From Lingula anatina (lineage: Eukaryota > Animalia > Brachiopoda), in contig CM120647.1 in NCBI GenBank assembly GCA_051362555.1, positions 18,328,651 through 18,392,650 of the forward strand: 64,000 nt of DNA, in the 5' to 3' direction. The position numbers and the translations under genes were made by a program. Every line of letters starts with the position of its first letter. Within the stretch, counting starts at the first letter, position 1. This document shows, in pieces, positions 50,401 through 60,398 of the stretch. The notes under the pieces were generated by a model. The model did no database searches, was not told the DNA's origin, and was given only the letters and a program-made list of their open reading frames with translations.

Positions 50401-53400
50401 GGCATTGGAGTGAACGGCTGCACGGCAAATAGAAGATGCCTATGATGAAAGAAATGATACGATTAAAGACATTGATAGCAAAAAAAGATAATGAGGAAAA
50501 GACACGAATGCTTGGCTGGTTTTTGTTGTACTTATCTTAGGCCTCATCCCCAATGACACCGTCGGTCCACCTTGATCGATCCAACTCTACGAGGACTCTT
50601 GCTGAATGCAATCAGTTGAACAGATTAACACGCCTCCTCCTGGCGTTAGGTGGAGTACAGAAAAGCTGGTGATTACACGAGTATGTGGGAAATAAGGGGG
50701 AGCTGTCATTCAGTTAAGCTGATTGCACTTAACGAAGAGCTGGGTCGAGCCACGTAGACCGACGGTGTCTATTCGAACGTGGTCTTAGGCTGTATTCTCA
50801 GAGGTTTTAGATCGATCTATCCCCGCGGGGAGTCTCACTAGATTACTGTCAGATAATCCGACTTAAATGTCCGTCCCGCCTACTACAAGCTGTAAGGGGG
50901 TAATTAACTTTCGTGTCCGCTCGGCTGACAGCTATTTAGCGTGAACCCCCAGGGAGTTAGGTCGATCTAAAGTAGATCGATCTAATCTCTGGAAATGGGG
51001 TCTTACAGATTACTGATCCCGATTGTAGACGTGTGAAAGTATGAAACCTAAAAATGACTGCTTTCTTTTGTTTTCTTTTGTGTGATCTTGAATGGAATTC
51101 GGTTAATCTGTCATGAAATAAATTACTCACAGTGCGGTATATATCAGTCCCCCACACCGAACTACCTCTCGTACACCCGGCTGGACACATCACACTAGAT
51201 TAAGAAAATATAACAAAAATGAGGTCCTACACTCTTTGCGAGAGTTCAGTGCTTGCAAATTACACCTAGGTTATGAGAAAAATTAAATCTAATACTGGAT
51301 GTTACGACGCAAATAACACCTAGATTCAATTAACACAGTACATACTCCACGCTTTTTCTACATGAATATTTTATGTAATTAATTTATTCATTTACTGCAA
51401 TAATTTCGATAATATTTTGGTACAGATGCGCAATGACATAATTCTACGTATTATACGTACAGGCATGTTCCGTTCCTGTTGTAATCCTCACAAGAGTTGT
51501 CCCAATTCGCATTGCAGTCAAGCGGAAGTACACACGCCTTTTTGCCCTCCCCGACGTCGGTGCAGATTTCTCCAAGTTGACAGCCACCGCATTCATTCTC
51601 TTCCTCCAGAAAGGCAAAGGACGTCGATCTGGCTCCGGTGCTGAAGGATAGAAACAGGTTTGGTATATTATGTAATTTGTTTTTAGCTTCTAACAAGAAA
51701 ATTTCTCGATTTCTATACTGTTTTGTAAAGTTCGAAACTCAGGTTAGTCGGTGCCTGTTTTAATAGCATCATTTGTTATATATAGTGGCGCAATAGCTGA
51801 TGGTGCACTGAAAGTTATTAACAGAATCTGTTATTATGCTGTATATTACCTTAAACTTCACGTGATTTAGCACGTGTTTGGAATAAGATTTGGTGGAAAC
51901 GCTGGTCTCGTTACATTATGCATTTAACGGGTGTTTGAAAATAGGATTTTCATTACTTAATGGAACCTTAGGCAGGGAGTTGGAATGGGTTTGAAAGCAC
52001 ATTTTTTGGTGGGAAAATGTCCGCCCTGAGTCAAGATTTGATTTACATACTATGCCATTTCTAAAGTTTGGTCAAATAAGGGCATATGCAGATTCACCCC
52101 CCCCCCCCCAAAAAAAAAAAAAAAAAAATATGCCGGGTACAGGCCAGTTAATGTACGTAAACTGTGACCTGGTACAAAACATTATGTGATAATACAAAGA
52201 AGTAATTATCTATACTTCCTTGGTATATGCAACCGCTTGTTTTTTCCAACCAAGAATTATATGTTTCATTGAAACGGATATTTACCTAAATTTAAGAGGA
52301 AAAGACTTATATTCATTTCCCTTTAAATGCTTGTTATTTCCAAGCCATGATGGTACGTTACACCGTGTCCACCATGTTTAAATCAGACCCTTTTCATGCC
52401 AATCAAATTACACCATTAAAACGGGATTGAACACTATTTAAGGGAAGGTAAATTATCCATTTCACATGAAATGCCCATAATTGCTGTCCTCTGGTATAAG
52501 ACATGTAGGTGGTGATGGTCCGCCTGATTGCAACATTTAGTTAGGCGGGTGGTGAATGGTTTCGGTAGTAGGAGATGATGACTTATTATGTAAATTACAG
52601 AAAATAAGAACTGTGTTTGGTTATAGAGTCATATATTGGTAGTAATACGGATGGGGTGCGATCTTTCTGATCTCAAAAGGACGGGAAAACGGCCGGACTG
52701 ACTGACTGATGGAGAGAAAAAAAGAATGAATGAAGAAAGGAAGATTGACAGACAAACAAACAGAAAAGTAAATTGGTGATCTTGTTACGTTGAGAACTTA
52801 AAAACATCACAATTTAAAGATAAAGCAAGTAATTTCCGAAAATTGGGGTCAATTTGTTGATAAGTGGGAGACGCGGGTGATGATGGAAGCAATAATTTGT
52901 CCAGAAATCTTCTCATTGAATGCCAGTATACGGGTTTATGACATGATGAATTGTAGAAGAAGCCGTTAATTGTTGAAACAGATGTAGTTGAAACAGGATA
53001 CAATACAATACAGCCTACGCCATGAAAATTTCTCATCCACAAAAGAGGATCAATTCCTCAGAAAATATTTTGAAATCATTATGCTTTTCACGAACTCCCG
53101 TTCACATCTGTGAGATATGGAGAAAACGAAACTCAAAATTCCAAATTCACTTACGATTCTGAGCTGATCCCGTTCAGTGAGCTTCCAATGAAAAAACGTT
53201 TGTCCTCCGTACCCATAGCTGCGACAAAACCACCATCGGTGCCTGTGGCGTGTACATAGGCTCGGCAGATGGCGGAGTCCTGAGAAAAAAGAATAATATG
53301 GTTTAATTAGCCAATTCAATATGGAGGAAGACTGGGATGATCTGATTCACCACGTGGGACCCAATTGGTGGCGGATAGATCAAGACAGAAACAGGTGGTT

Positions 53401-56400
53401 TAGCTCCAAGGAGGGTTTCCTCAGTGCGCGGTTCTTCCTTTATTGATGTATTGATTGATTGATAATACAGATGAAGGGTCATCTATTGTCATAAAAATAA
53501 AATGGCAAAAAATAAAAAGAAATATTTTAAATGGAAGAAACTGTTGGGGAATTATATAACGAAAAGGATGTGACTGTGAAAATATTTCAGACAAGCTGTT
53601 TCGACACAATGGCATGGAATGTGTTACACAAGGATAAACAAAATGTGGCGAGTGTGTTAGTTGTGCCAGTGATGTGTTAGTTGTGCCAGTGATGTGTTAG
53701 TTGTGCCAGTGGTGTGTTAGTTGTGCCAGTGGTGTGTTAGTTGTGCCAGTGGTGTGTTAGTTGTGCCAGTGATGTGTTAGTTGTGCCAGTGGTGTGTTAG
53801 TTGTGCCAGTGGTGTGTTAGTTGTGCCAGTGGTGTGTTAGTTGTGCCAGTGATGTGTTAGTTGTGACAACGCTGATTGCGTTTGGTGTGATAGAATGAAA
53901 TGGTTGTATAGAACTTCAGACTACTTACGCCAGTGTAGGTCCCCGTACCCCGGATTCTTTCTCCCAGATTGCATCCCTTAGGGCACATCACACTGAATGG
54001 CAAATGATTTGACAAAATTTAATGATAATTATTCAACAATTTCAAAGACATTTTTGTTTGTAAATTTTTAGTCTTTACAATGACGGAATCCAACCTTCAT
54101 CCTTGTCTCAGGATTTTCACAGTCTTCGGTCCTAAGTTTAGAACAGCTTGTTATTAAATTGTCCTAAATATACCAAAGTCCATTTCTGTAACCCTTGCAT
54201 GCCCTGGCATTGACAGTCTGTGTGGTTACGATTGTAAACATATTCCTATGAACATCAAATGAACAAAATGACGATGTCCCTTTACTAAGTGTGCAAAATC
54301 AGTGTATAAACCCCTGACAAGCCATATTAACCCTTAAAATAATTAAGCATATGGCAGACAGGTTCAACGATCTCACTTTTTGGGAGAGTTCAATGTTTAA
54401 TTATTTTATAACCTATAAAATCAGATTGTCGAACTCCTTGATTAAGGACGAAAGCTTTTAAGGCAGCTCGTAGGCTACTTAAATGCAGCAACACACTTTT
54501 AAAATAAAAATAATAACTAAATATACGAACGCTTCGAACCTTATTGAATGTAAAACAGAATGCAACTTTCTGCACGTAAAAATGAACACCATGTGAATTA
54601 ATTGTAAATATCACATCGTATATTGCAATCTACATCGTATTAACTTCGTGTAAAGCTCTACCTACTTGCACAAGCTGCTGGGGAACAATTCTCCGCACAC
54701 TTCCTCCCACTTGGTGAAGCAATCAGCAGGTAACGAACATTGCTCTTCGCACCTATGAAGAGAAAACGTACAGTTTAGAATACATATGTTGCTCATTATG
54801 TTCTCCATGATGATTGACAACACTTTGACGCGTTACGTTCTTTCATTTTGTAATCCGTAGCTTTATCAGACTACTTGTTTATTCGTTCTACTTCATTCCT
54901 TCGTTCATTCCTGTACTAATCAATTAGTTTTTTACTAATCATGATTTGAACATTTATCTGTGCATTCCTTTATTTTATTGAATTTAATGTCAGTTAATTT
55001 ATTGAGTTTTATGTCAATTTGATACTTTTTTTACAAACGACGTTCATATTCCTGAAGACTGGCATAAGAAAATGTCGAATTAAAACACACATACACACAC
55101 ACTCTAACACACACAAACACACTCAAGGTATTGCATGACCATCTCTGTGTGGTGGGATCAACTATATCCGGAAACCATCGGTTGTCTTTGTAACCACAAA
55201 TGAGACACAGAATTAGCCGAAGTTTACGGAAAAGGTGCGACCGATTTTTTCACAAGAATGACCCAACGTAGATGAATATCTTTGTTTCTATTTTACTTTC
55301 ATAAGGCTGGAGAACTCAAACTCTGGCTTATCGTAGAGCTGTTATCTAGGCGCTGATTCATTTTTAATACGGATAAAATGTCAGCAGGCAACAAGTGACA
55401 GTGACCCCCTATACTCACTACCTTGTTCAGTTCCTCCCCAAAAAACATGCATATGCACAACACTGGTGAATGTACAGAGCTACATGTATGTTTTTGTAAT
55501 TCAAAACCAAATGTTGAATTTCGTGTGTATCCGTTGTCAATAAGGGGGTTTGAAACATTATATGCTGGGCACAGGCGAGAGCGATGAAAGCCATGCACGC
55601 GAAATAACGTCTTTGGTAAGCTCTGAAATCATGCCCCGGTTTGACGAAAGTCAGGGCCCATGTAACCATTACATTCACATTGGTTAGGGTTAACATGACG
55701 CAAGTTGGTCATTTTTTAGACGGAGCTTACCCGTACAAATTAATGGAAACCGGAGTTCGTATTTCTCAGTCTCAGTCACGTCACTCCGACCTAAATGTCT
55801 TTATTACTATTTATATCTGCTTAATTTCATTTTACCATTTTACTTTACTTAATTTTACTTCATCTAAGCAAATTTACTTTACTTAACTTGTATTGCCCAC
55901 CCTGGCCACACCGCTAAATGAGGCAAAGATGAACTGATCAATGTGTAATGATTAAAACTGGATTTAAATATCAACGATCATACAGAGACTAACTTACATG
56001 TATTTTCAGTCAACAGGCAGTCGGATTGATTTTACCGACAAAAACGACAATGTCAACAGCAGAAACAATTATAAACTGTAACAATGTGGACAGGTGGCAA
56101 ATATTCATTAGGTAACAGGAGTTGCTGACCGTTACGATGCTGATCGTTATTGTTCCAGTTTTTAACCAGCCCGCCCCTCCGCTGTTGTTTTCGCACCGGT
56201 TTGTCGAGTACGGAGTCCTCAAGATCACAGGTCTGTGATGTCTTAGATGGAAGTTAGTTCTGAGATAAAATCTTTGATACGATCTTTCCTACGCTTTGGT
56301 TAACTTGGTCGCTTCCGCCTAAGACGGGAGTTCCAAGGTGTGTATAATTTGCTTCATCATGATTATTAATCAACTAATGAGGTTTTGCAAAATTTGACTA

Positions 56401-56902
56401 ACACTTTCGCCTGTGTAATCCTTTACATATGTGCGTGATGCGTGGCTATGATTAAACCTGGTACGGGCAAAAAATGTCCTCACTCAAATAAATTGTTTTA
56501 AAATTAATTCTTAATACGTTGAAGATGTTACAGAATAATATTTTCGTATTTATTTAAATGCGCAACGTCAACTTAACCATTCTCATCCATAAAAAGGCGT
56601 GGATTCTAAATGCGTGCAACAAATTTATTTTGTCGTTTTCGTGGTCTTTACCGTTTATATATATATTTTTTCATTTTATAATTTCCCTTTTTATTCTTAA
56701 GAACACGGCGAGGCTTAATGATTTTTTTCTTCATATAAACTAATATTAAACCAATATTAAAAAGTAACTGCGCTTCAGTAAAAATACCTGTCTTGCTTTT
56801 ATAAATATGCTACCGTCTCTTTGTAAATAGTTTTACTTCATCTACTTACCTGGCTCGCAAAATATACACAGCGACGAGCAAAGCGTACGCTATCGCTTTC
56901 AT
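34063..56902 (-). CDS. Secreted poly-LCCL protein: signal peptide, then 12 LCCL domains separated by 11 four-Cys FOLN/EGF-like linkers; ~1541 aa, 38 coding exons
   Basis: Signal exon 56902-56850 (MKAIAYALLVAVYILRA); exon 54752-54666. A/B/C cassettes: 53992-53929/53279-53155/51640-51461; 51194-51131/50439-50309/49986-49804; 49638-49575/49362-49232/48850-48656; 48044-47981/47627-47497/47221-47027; 46295-46232/45670-45540/45101-44904; 44459-44396/44103-43973/43442-43248; 42938-42875/42623-42493/42191-41997; 41626-41563/41194-41064/40768-40574; 40134-40071/39727-39597/39157-38963; 38192-38129/37795-37665/37386-37192; 36813-36750/36284-36154/35954-35772; 35364-35301/34538-34414. Last exon 34111-34063 (TAG). 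All introns GT-AG; 4626 nt with no internal stops. The repeat VxCPxGCxxGGGVWGTDxY-xSAVCRAAVH..GGVV..G..RNGV.S..RW..SFSF matches the LCCL consensus. Confidence 0.9.
34644..34979 (+). mobile_element. TTAA-flanked MITE (Kolobok-type)
   Basis: TTAA|AGGGATAATAACT ... AGTTATTATCCCT|TTAA, a perfect 13-bp TIR. Confidence 0.88.
36940..40280 (-). repeat. Recent tandem duplication of LCCL cassettes 9 and 10, introns included
   Basis: 36940-38340 aligns by eye with 38350-40280 across both exons and introns. Confidence 0.85.
38545..38871 (+). mobile_element. TTAA-flanked MITE, same family as 34644-34979
   Basis: TTAA|AGGGATAATAACT...GGTATCCTT|TTAA. The paralogous intron shows the empty site GATTAATCACGAAATAAT (~37125-37142). 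Confidence 0.9.
40316..40490. mobile_element. 175-bp MITE with ~53-bp TIRs (PIF/Harbinger-like), inserted in (GA)n
   Basis: GGTCGCATTCAGAACAGTGGACTAACTAGTCCGCGGGTCAAATATG is mirrored by CATATTTGACCCTCGGACTAGTTAGTCCACTGTTCTGAATGTGGCC. Confidence 0.85.
44540..44740 (+). mobile_element. Degenerate relative of the 50540-50784 MITE
   Basis: Shares ATGACACC.TCG, GGACTCTTGCTGAATGCAATCAG and AACAG..TAACACGCCTC.TCCT. Confidence 0.6.
48202..48613. mobile_element. TTAA-flanked MITE (Kolobok-type)
   Basis: TTAA|AGGTGCACACCGCGGGATTT ... AAATCCCGTGGAGAGCATCT|TTAA, an imperfect ~20-bp TIR. Confidence 0.65.
50540..50784. mobile_element. PIF/Harbinger-like MITE with TTA TSD
   Basis: TTA|GGCCTCATCCCCAATGACACCGTCGGTCCAC ... 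GTAGACCGACGGTGTCTATTCGAACGTGGTC|TTA. Confidence 0.7.
50788..51002. mobile_element. Second PIF/Harbinger-like MITE abutting the first, TTA TSD
   Basis: TTA|GGCTGTATTCTCAGAGGTTTTAGATCGATCTA ... TAGATCGATCTAATCTCTGGAAATGGGGTC|TTA. Confidence 0.7.
53652..53867 (+). repeat. 20-bp minisatellite, about 10.5 copies
   Basis: G(G/A)TGTGTTAGTTGTGCCAGT repeated. Confidence 0.95.
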
Positions 56903-59900
56903 CCTCTTTCTTCGTTCCTTTACTGGTTTTCGAATCAGTAGTCAGTTTGTGTTGTTCTATCCAACAGAAATCAGCGAAAAGTTGGTTCACAAAGATCAAT
57001 TCTGAAATTTTCTTTGGCAAGTTTTCGGCACAGAAGGTAGTCAGTACTTGGGTGCTACCGCGCCAAACGGAAAATGACCTCTCAAAGCACACTCACTCTC
57101 TTTTCGTTCAGCTATCTACTGGTAAATCAGCGATCGGATGAGCATGCGCAGTCCCGTGTCAGCAATCTACTGACCTCAGGTTTGTGAGTAGTTATCTTTT
57201 CTCTCTTTCTCCTCTGACGTCATCCACGCACTCAATCAGAAGAAATCTTTGTGGTCCGTTTCACAAAGTAAGTTTAGACCGAAACTTCGTCTTAACTTTA
57301 TAAGACCGAAAATCTTGGTACGCTTCTGTTAGGATAAATCTTAGCTCCACTAAACCATTACTTATCATATGAAAAGACTCAAGTTTCCTCAACTTGAACT
57401 ACCCGCACTTCTAATTTACTGGATCAAAGTTTATTGATGATATTTATTTTAAAGTCAAGACCAACATTCGGTCGAACGTTTCTTTGTGGAAACATCCCCC
57501 TATCTTATTGCCATCAGTGACCCGCAAGGATTGTCAACCCACACGTGTCTTCCCGCATCTACTTACTGCCGTTCGCGGAAAACAAGACCCGTTATCTCAT
57601 AGCCGAGTTGGTTGCAACTACCGCGACTTCTTCCTGCTTTCACCGGCCCAGCGACGCGTACCGAACTCGCTGTCCGTAAAAAGTTTTATGTTTGAGACTA
57701 TGGTCATGGTATTACGCTTATGTAAACATAAAAATGTGTAATAAAGAAACAGATAAATTGATAAATAGAAATAGATAGATTGAAATAAAAAAATAGAAAT
57801 TGATGAATAATTCAAGTTTTGCGGTGATTTAAGATAAGATTATATAAAAAATATCAATATTGCAATCTGATTAATGTTTTTAGGTTCACAGATTTGTCGC
57901 AATTTACACAGTACTTGGCAAGGTTCATTTATCAATACATTTTAGTGCACATTTGTTTAAGTTTTTCACACCTATCCGATCACATTGTGTAATTCAAATT
58001 AATTTTGAATTATTATTTTTGTTATTCCCACTCTAATTCATGTTGATATAAACACCATTATTATGAATATATTGTTAAAACAATCAAAAATAATTTTTTT
58101 GCAGCAAAACGGCACTCTATAAAGCATATTCATAACGGCACACCGGTGTCACAGTTAAATCATAATTTCTTTTCACCATAGTGGCTATTATCCACTAATC
58201 TAAGATAATTAACTGCCAGGCGATCTTATTGTCGGTTATCTCAGAGATCTGTTCTACTTGAAAGCCCGTGACGTCATGGTGTTACGTCATCAGCAGGTCT
58301 CCGGTAAGCAGGTACCTTCAGTTTGGTAATTATCCTAATGTGCGTCATTGTCTCAGTACAGTAGAATATAGTGGCATTCCCTGCGTGTTGCATTCGCTGA
58401 ATAAAGAGAGGAAAACAGGTTTTGGAAATTATTGGGCGGGGTGGGTAGGAAGAGGGGGTCATTAATGATACGGGTTTTTCTTCTTCATTGTCACATTTTT
58501 ATGAATGCCCGTTTGATGCGATTTGAATATGAAGCTACAAACACTGGAAATATTGTCGGTAGAAACATCGCTTTATCTTCAAAACATACATGTATGTCAT
58601 ATTTTATCCTAGTGGTGCTTCAAGAGGAGGAGCACACCAATGATTCTGATTCCAGCTGAAGGACCAACTTTCATTTAAAGCTAAGATCTAATATACCGTT
58701 TATTAGATCTTAGTTTAAAGTTATTTCGTGAAACCTGTCTCGTCCCCTGGACTGAGCAGCGTCACGCCGAGTGTGCTGTGACCATATCAACCCTTCACGC
58801 CGCCGCAGTCATGCAGACACTTACCTTTAACCAGGGACGCGTACCATGACACTACTTTATTTAAACAAAACATTCGGCTAAACATCGGCCTATCCCTTTT
58901 AACTTGACGATAAAGTTTATGAAACAGTGCCACAGTAACATTTCCTCAACCAGGGGTCTTCTCATTCTTCTCTAGTTGTTACACAATTAGATGAAGGTCT
59001 TTCGTTCAATTTGGCACATTCAGCAAGACCTCTGGTAAAGTGAATTTGCTGCCCTCCATTCACTGTCGTATCCAAGATGTTGCTTGGGGTGGGACAAAAA
59101 CTGCCTTTCCTAGTTTTTTTTTTTTTGGTAGATATATAATTATATGTCATTACATATTAACAATCACACGTTGGGATCAGGGATGAAAATTGCTTGGGAT
59201 TCTCTTGTTCTTCTTGTTGATATGTTTTTTTTTAATTTTTTTTTTTTGAGGGGGAGGGGCGCCCGTGGCCCACTTTGTCCGCTCTCCAATTTCCCATTGA
59301 TCTACTCTCTTTGAATTGGTTAAAATAAAGTATACAGCAGATACTTCATTTGCAATCTCATCAGTAATAATTAGTAGGCCTTTTGATTAATTCTGACACA
59401 CGGTCTTGTCTTGAGGTACGGCCTTAAGGGCATAAAGGTCTCCAGTAAGCAGTTACCTTCAGTTTGAAGGATTAGTTCATAAACCATCAACGACATTATG
59501 TTTTGGAGCTGCTTTTACTTGAAAATAAAAAGGGTGCCAGATGCTTTAAACACTGGCGCCGTTTTCTGTACACGCGCCCGCTGTTGGCGCAACACAAGAA
59601 CCATTATGTTTCATCAATTTTTTCTTTTATTTATTTATTTATTTATTTATTTGTTTGTTAGTTTCTTTGTTTGTGATTTTTTTTTGCGCTGTACTCAGCA
59701 TTGTTGACGGCGGTAGGGAAATCATAGCAAACTGTCATATCAGATATCCCTTGCCAGGTTATACAGGTGCTAGTGTCCTAATACTTACGTCATGGCACGT
59801 GCGTTATCGTCGCGAAGCACTGGGTTCTGCCACGCGTGGATTGGCGCTGTTCCCGACCACTGACCACCTGGCAGCTTTGGTCTGCTGGACAACAACGCTT

Positions 59901-60398
59901 GACCAACGGCGGGTGCCTCCGATGTCAAAAACAACGAACAACGATAAGTATCTACAACAACAACGACGACTGAAGGAGTTCAAAAACTTGTTTGGCGATA
60001 CTCCGCTTCACTGTTTGTGCTGACGCAGATTGGAGTCCTAGATACATTGCACGTATAATAAGCAATTTTATCAATTAAAAAAGTAGTATTTTATAATATA
60101 CGGTTTCAATCATTTTAATTTATACTCTTTTTCCTACTCATTTTTTTTTGTTCCAAGATCTTGTCCGTTCATAACACTTTAATTACTGAATGTAGATGAT
60201 ATTATGTGGGAGTACTGTGGGCAATATGATAATTACACTCTCTACAATTGAGTTTTTCGTGTTTTAAGCGACATATGCTATTTCTCAACATGTAAAAATT
60301 AAAATTTCGAATTCCCTTCTTTCATTAGAAGATATTTCAAATTCAGAAGTAAACTGCCCTCCCCCGACTCACACTCCCTCTATCCCATTTTAATTTTA

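Noticed and set aside
53652-53867. 20-bp perfect repeats as CRISPR or telomeric repeats
   Set aside because: Contiguous minisatellite without spacers, and not TTAGGG/TTAGG.
34063-54752. Cys-rich ORFs of 60-115 aa as a cluster of separate small toxin or defensin genes, or pseudogenes
   Set aside because: Each lacks its own signal peptide and is bounded by in-phase AG/GT sites. They join into one continuous reading frame.
58820-58900. Minus-strand GTAAGT donor as an alternative first coding exon of the LCCL gene
   Set aside because: The nearby ATG reaches TAA before the donor. At most it is a non-coding exon, with no further support.
57250-58932. Scattered GG.CCG.TTTCAC.AAA-type termini (57253, 58720-58740, 58915-58932, 55633) as one large transposon
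   Set aside because: The ends are too degenerate to pair confidently and there is no clear TSD or transposase ORF. Probably separate MITE relics.
59655-60023. 122-aa ORF with a hydrophobic N-terminus in a CpG-rich patch
   Set aside because: It has no ATG start, the hydrophobic part derives from T-rich low-complexity sequence, and there is no recognisable domain or splice support.
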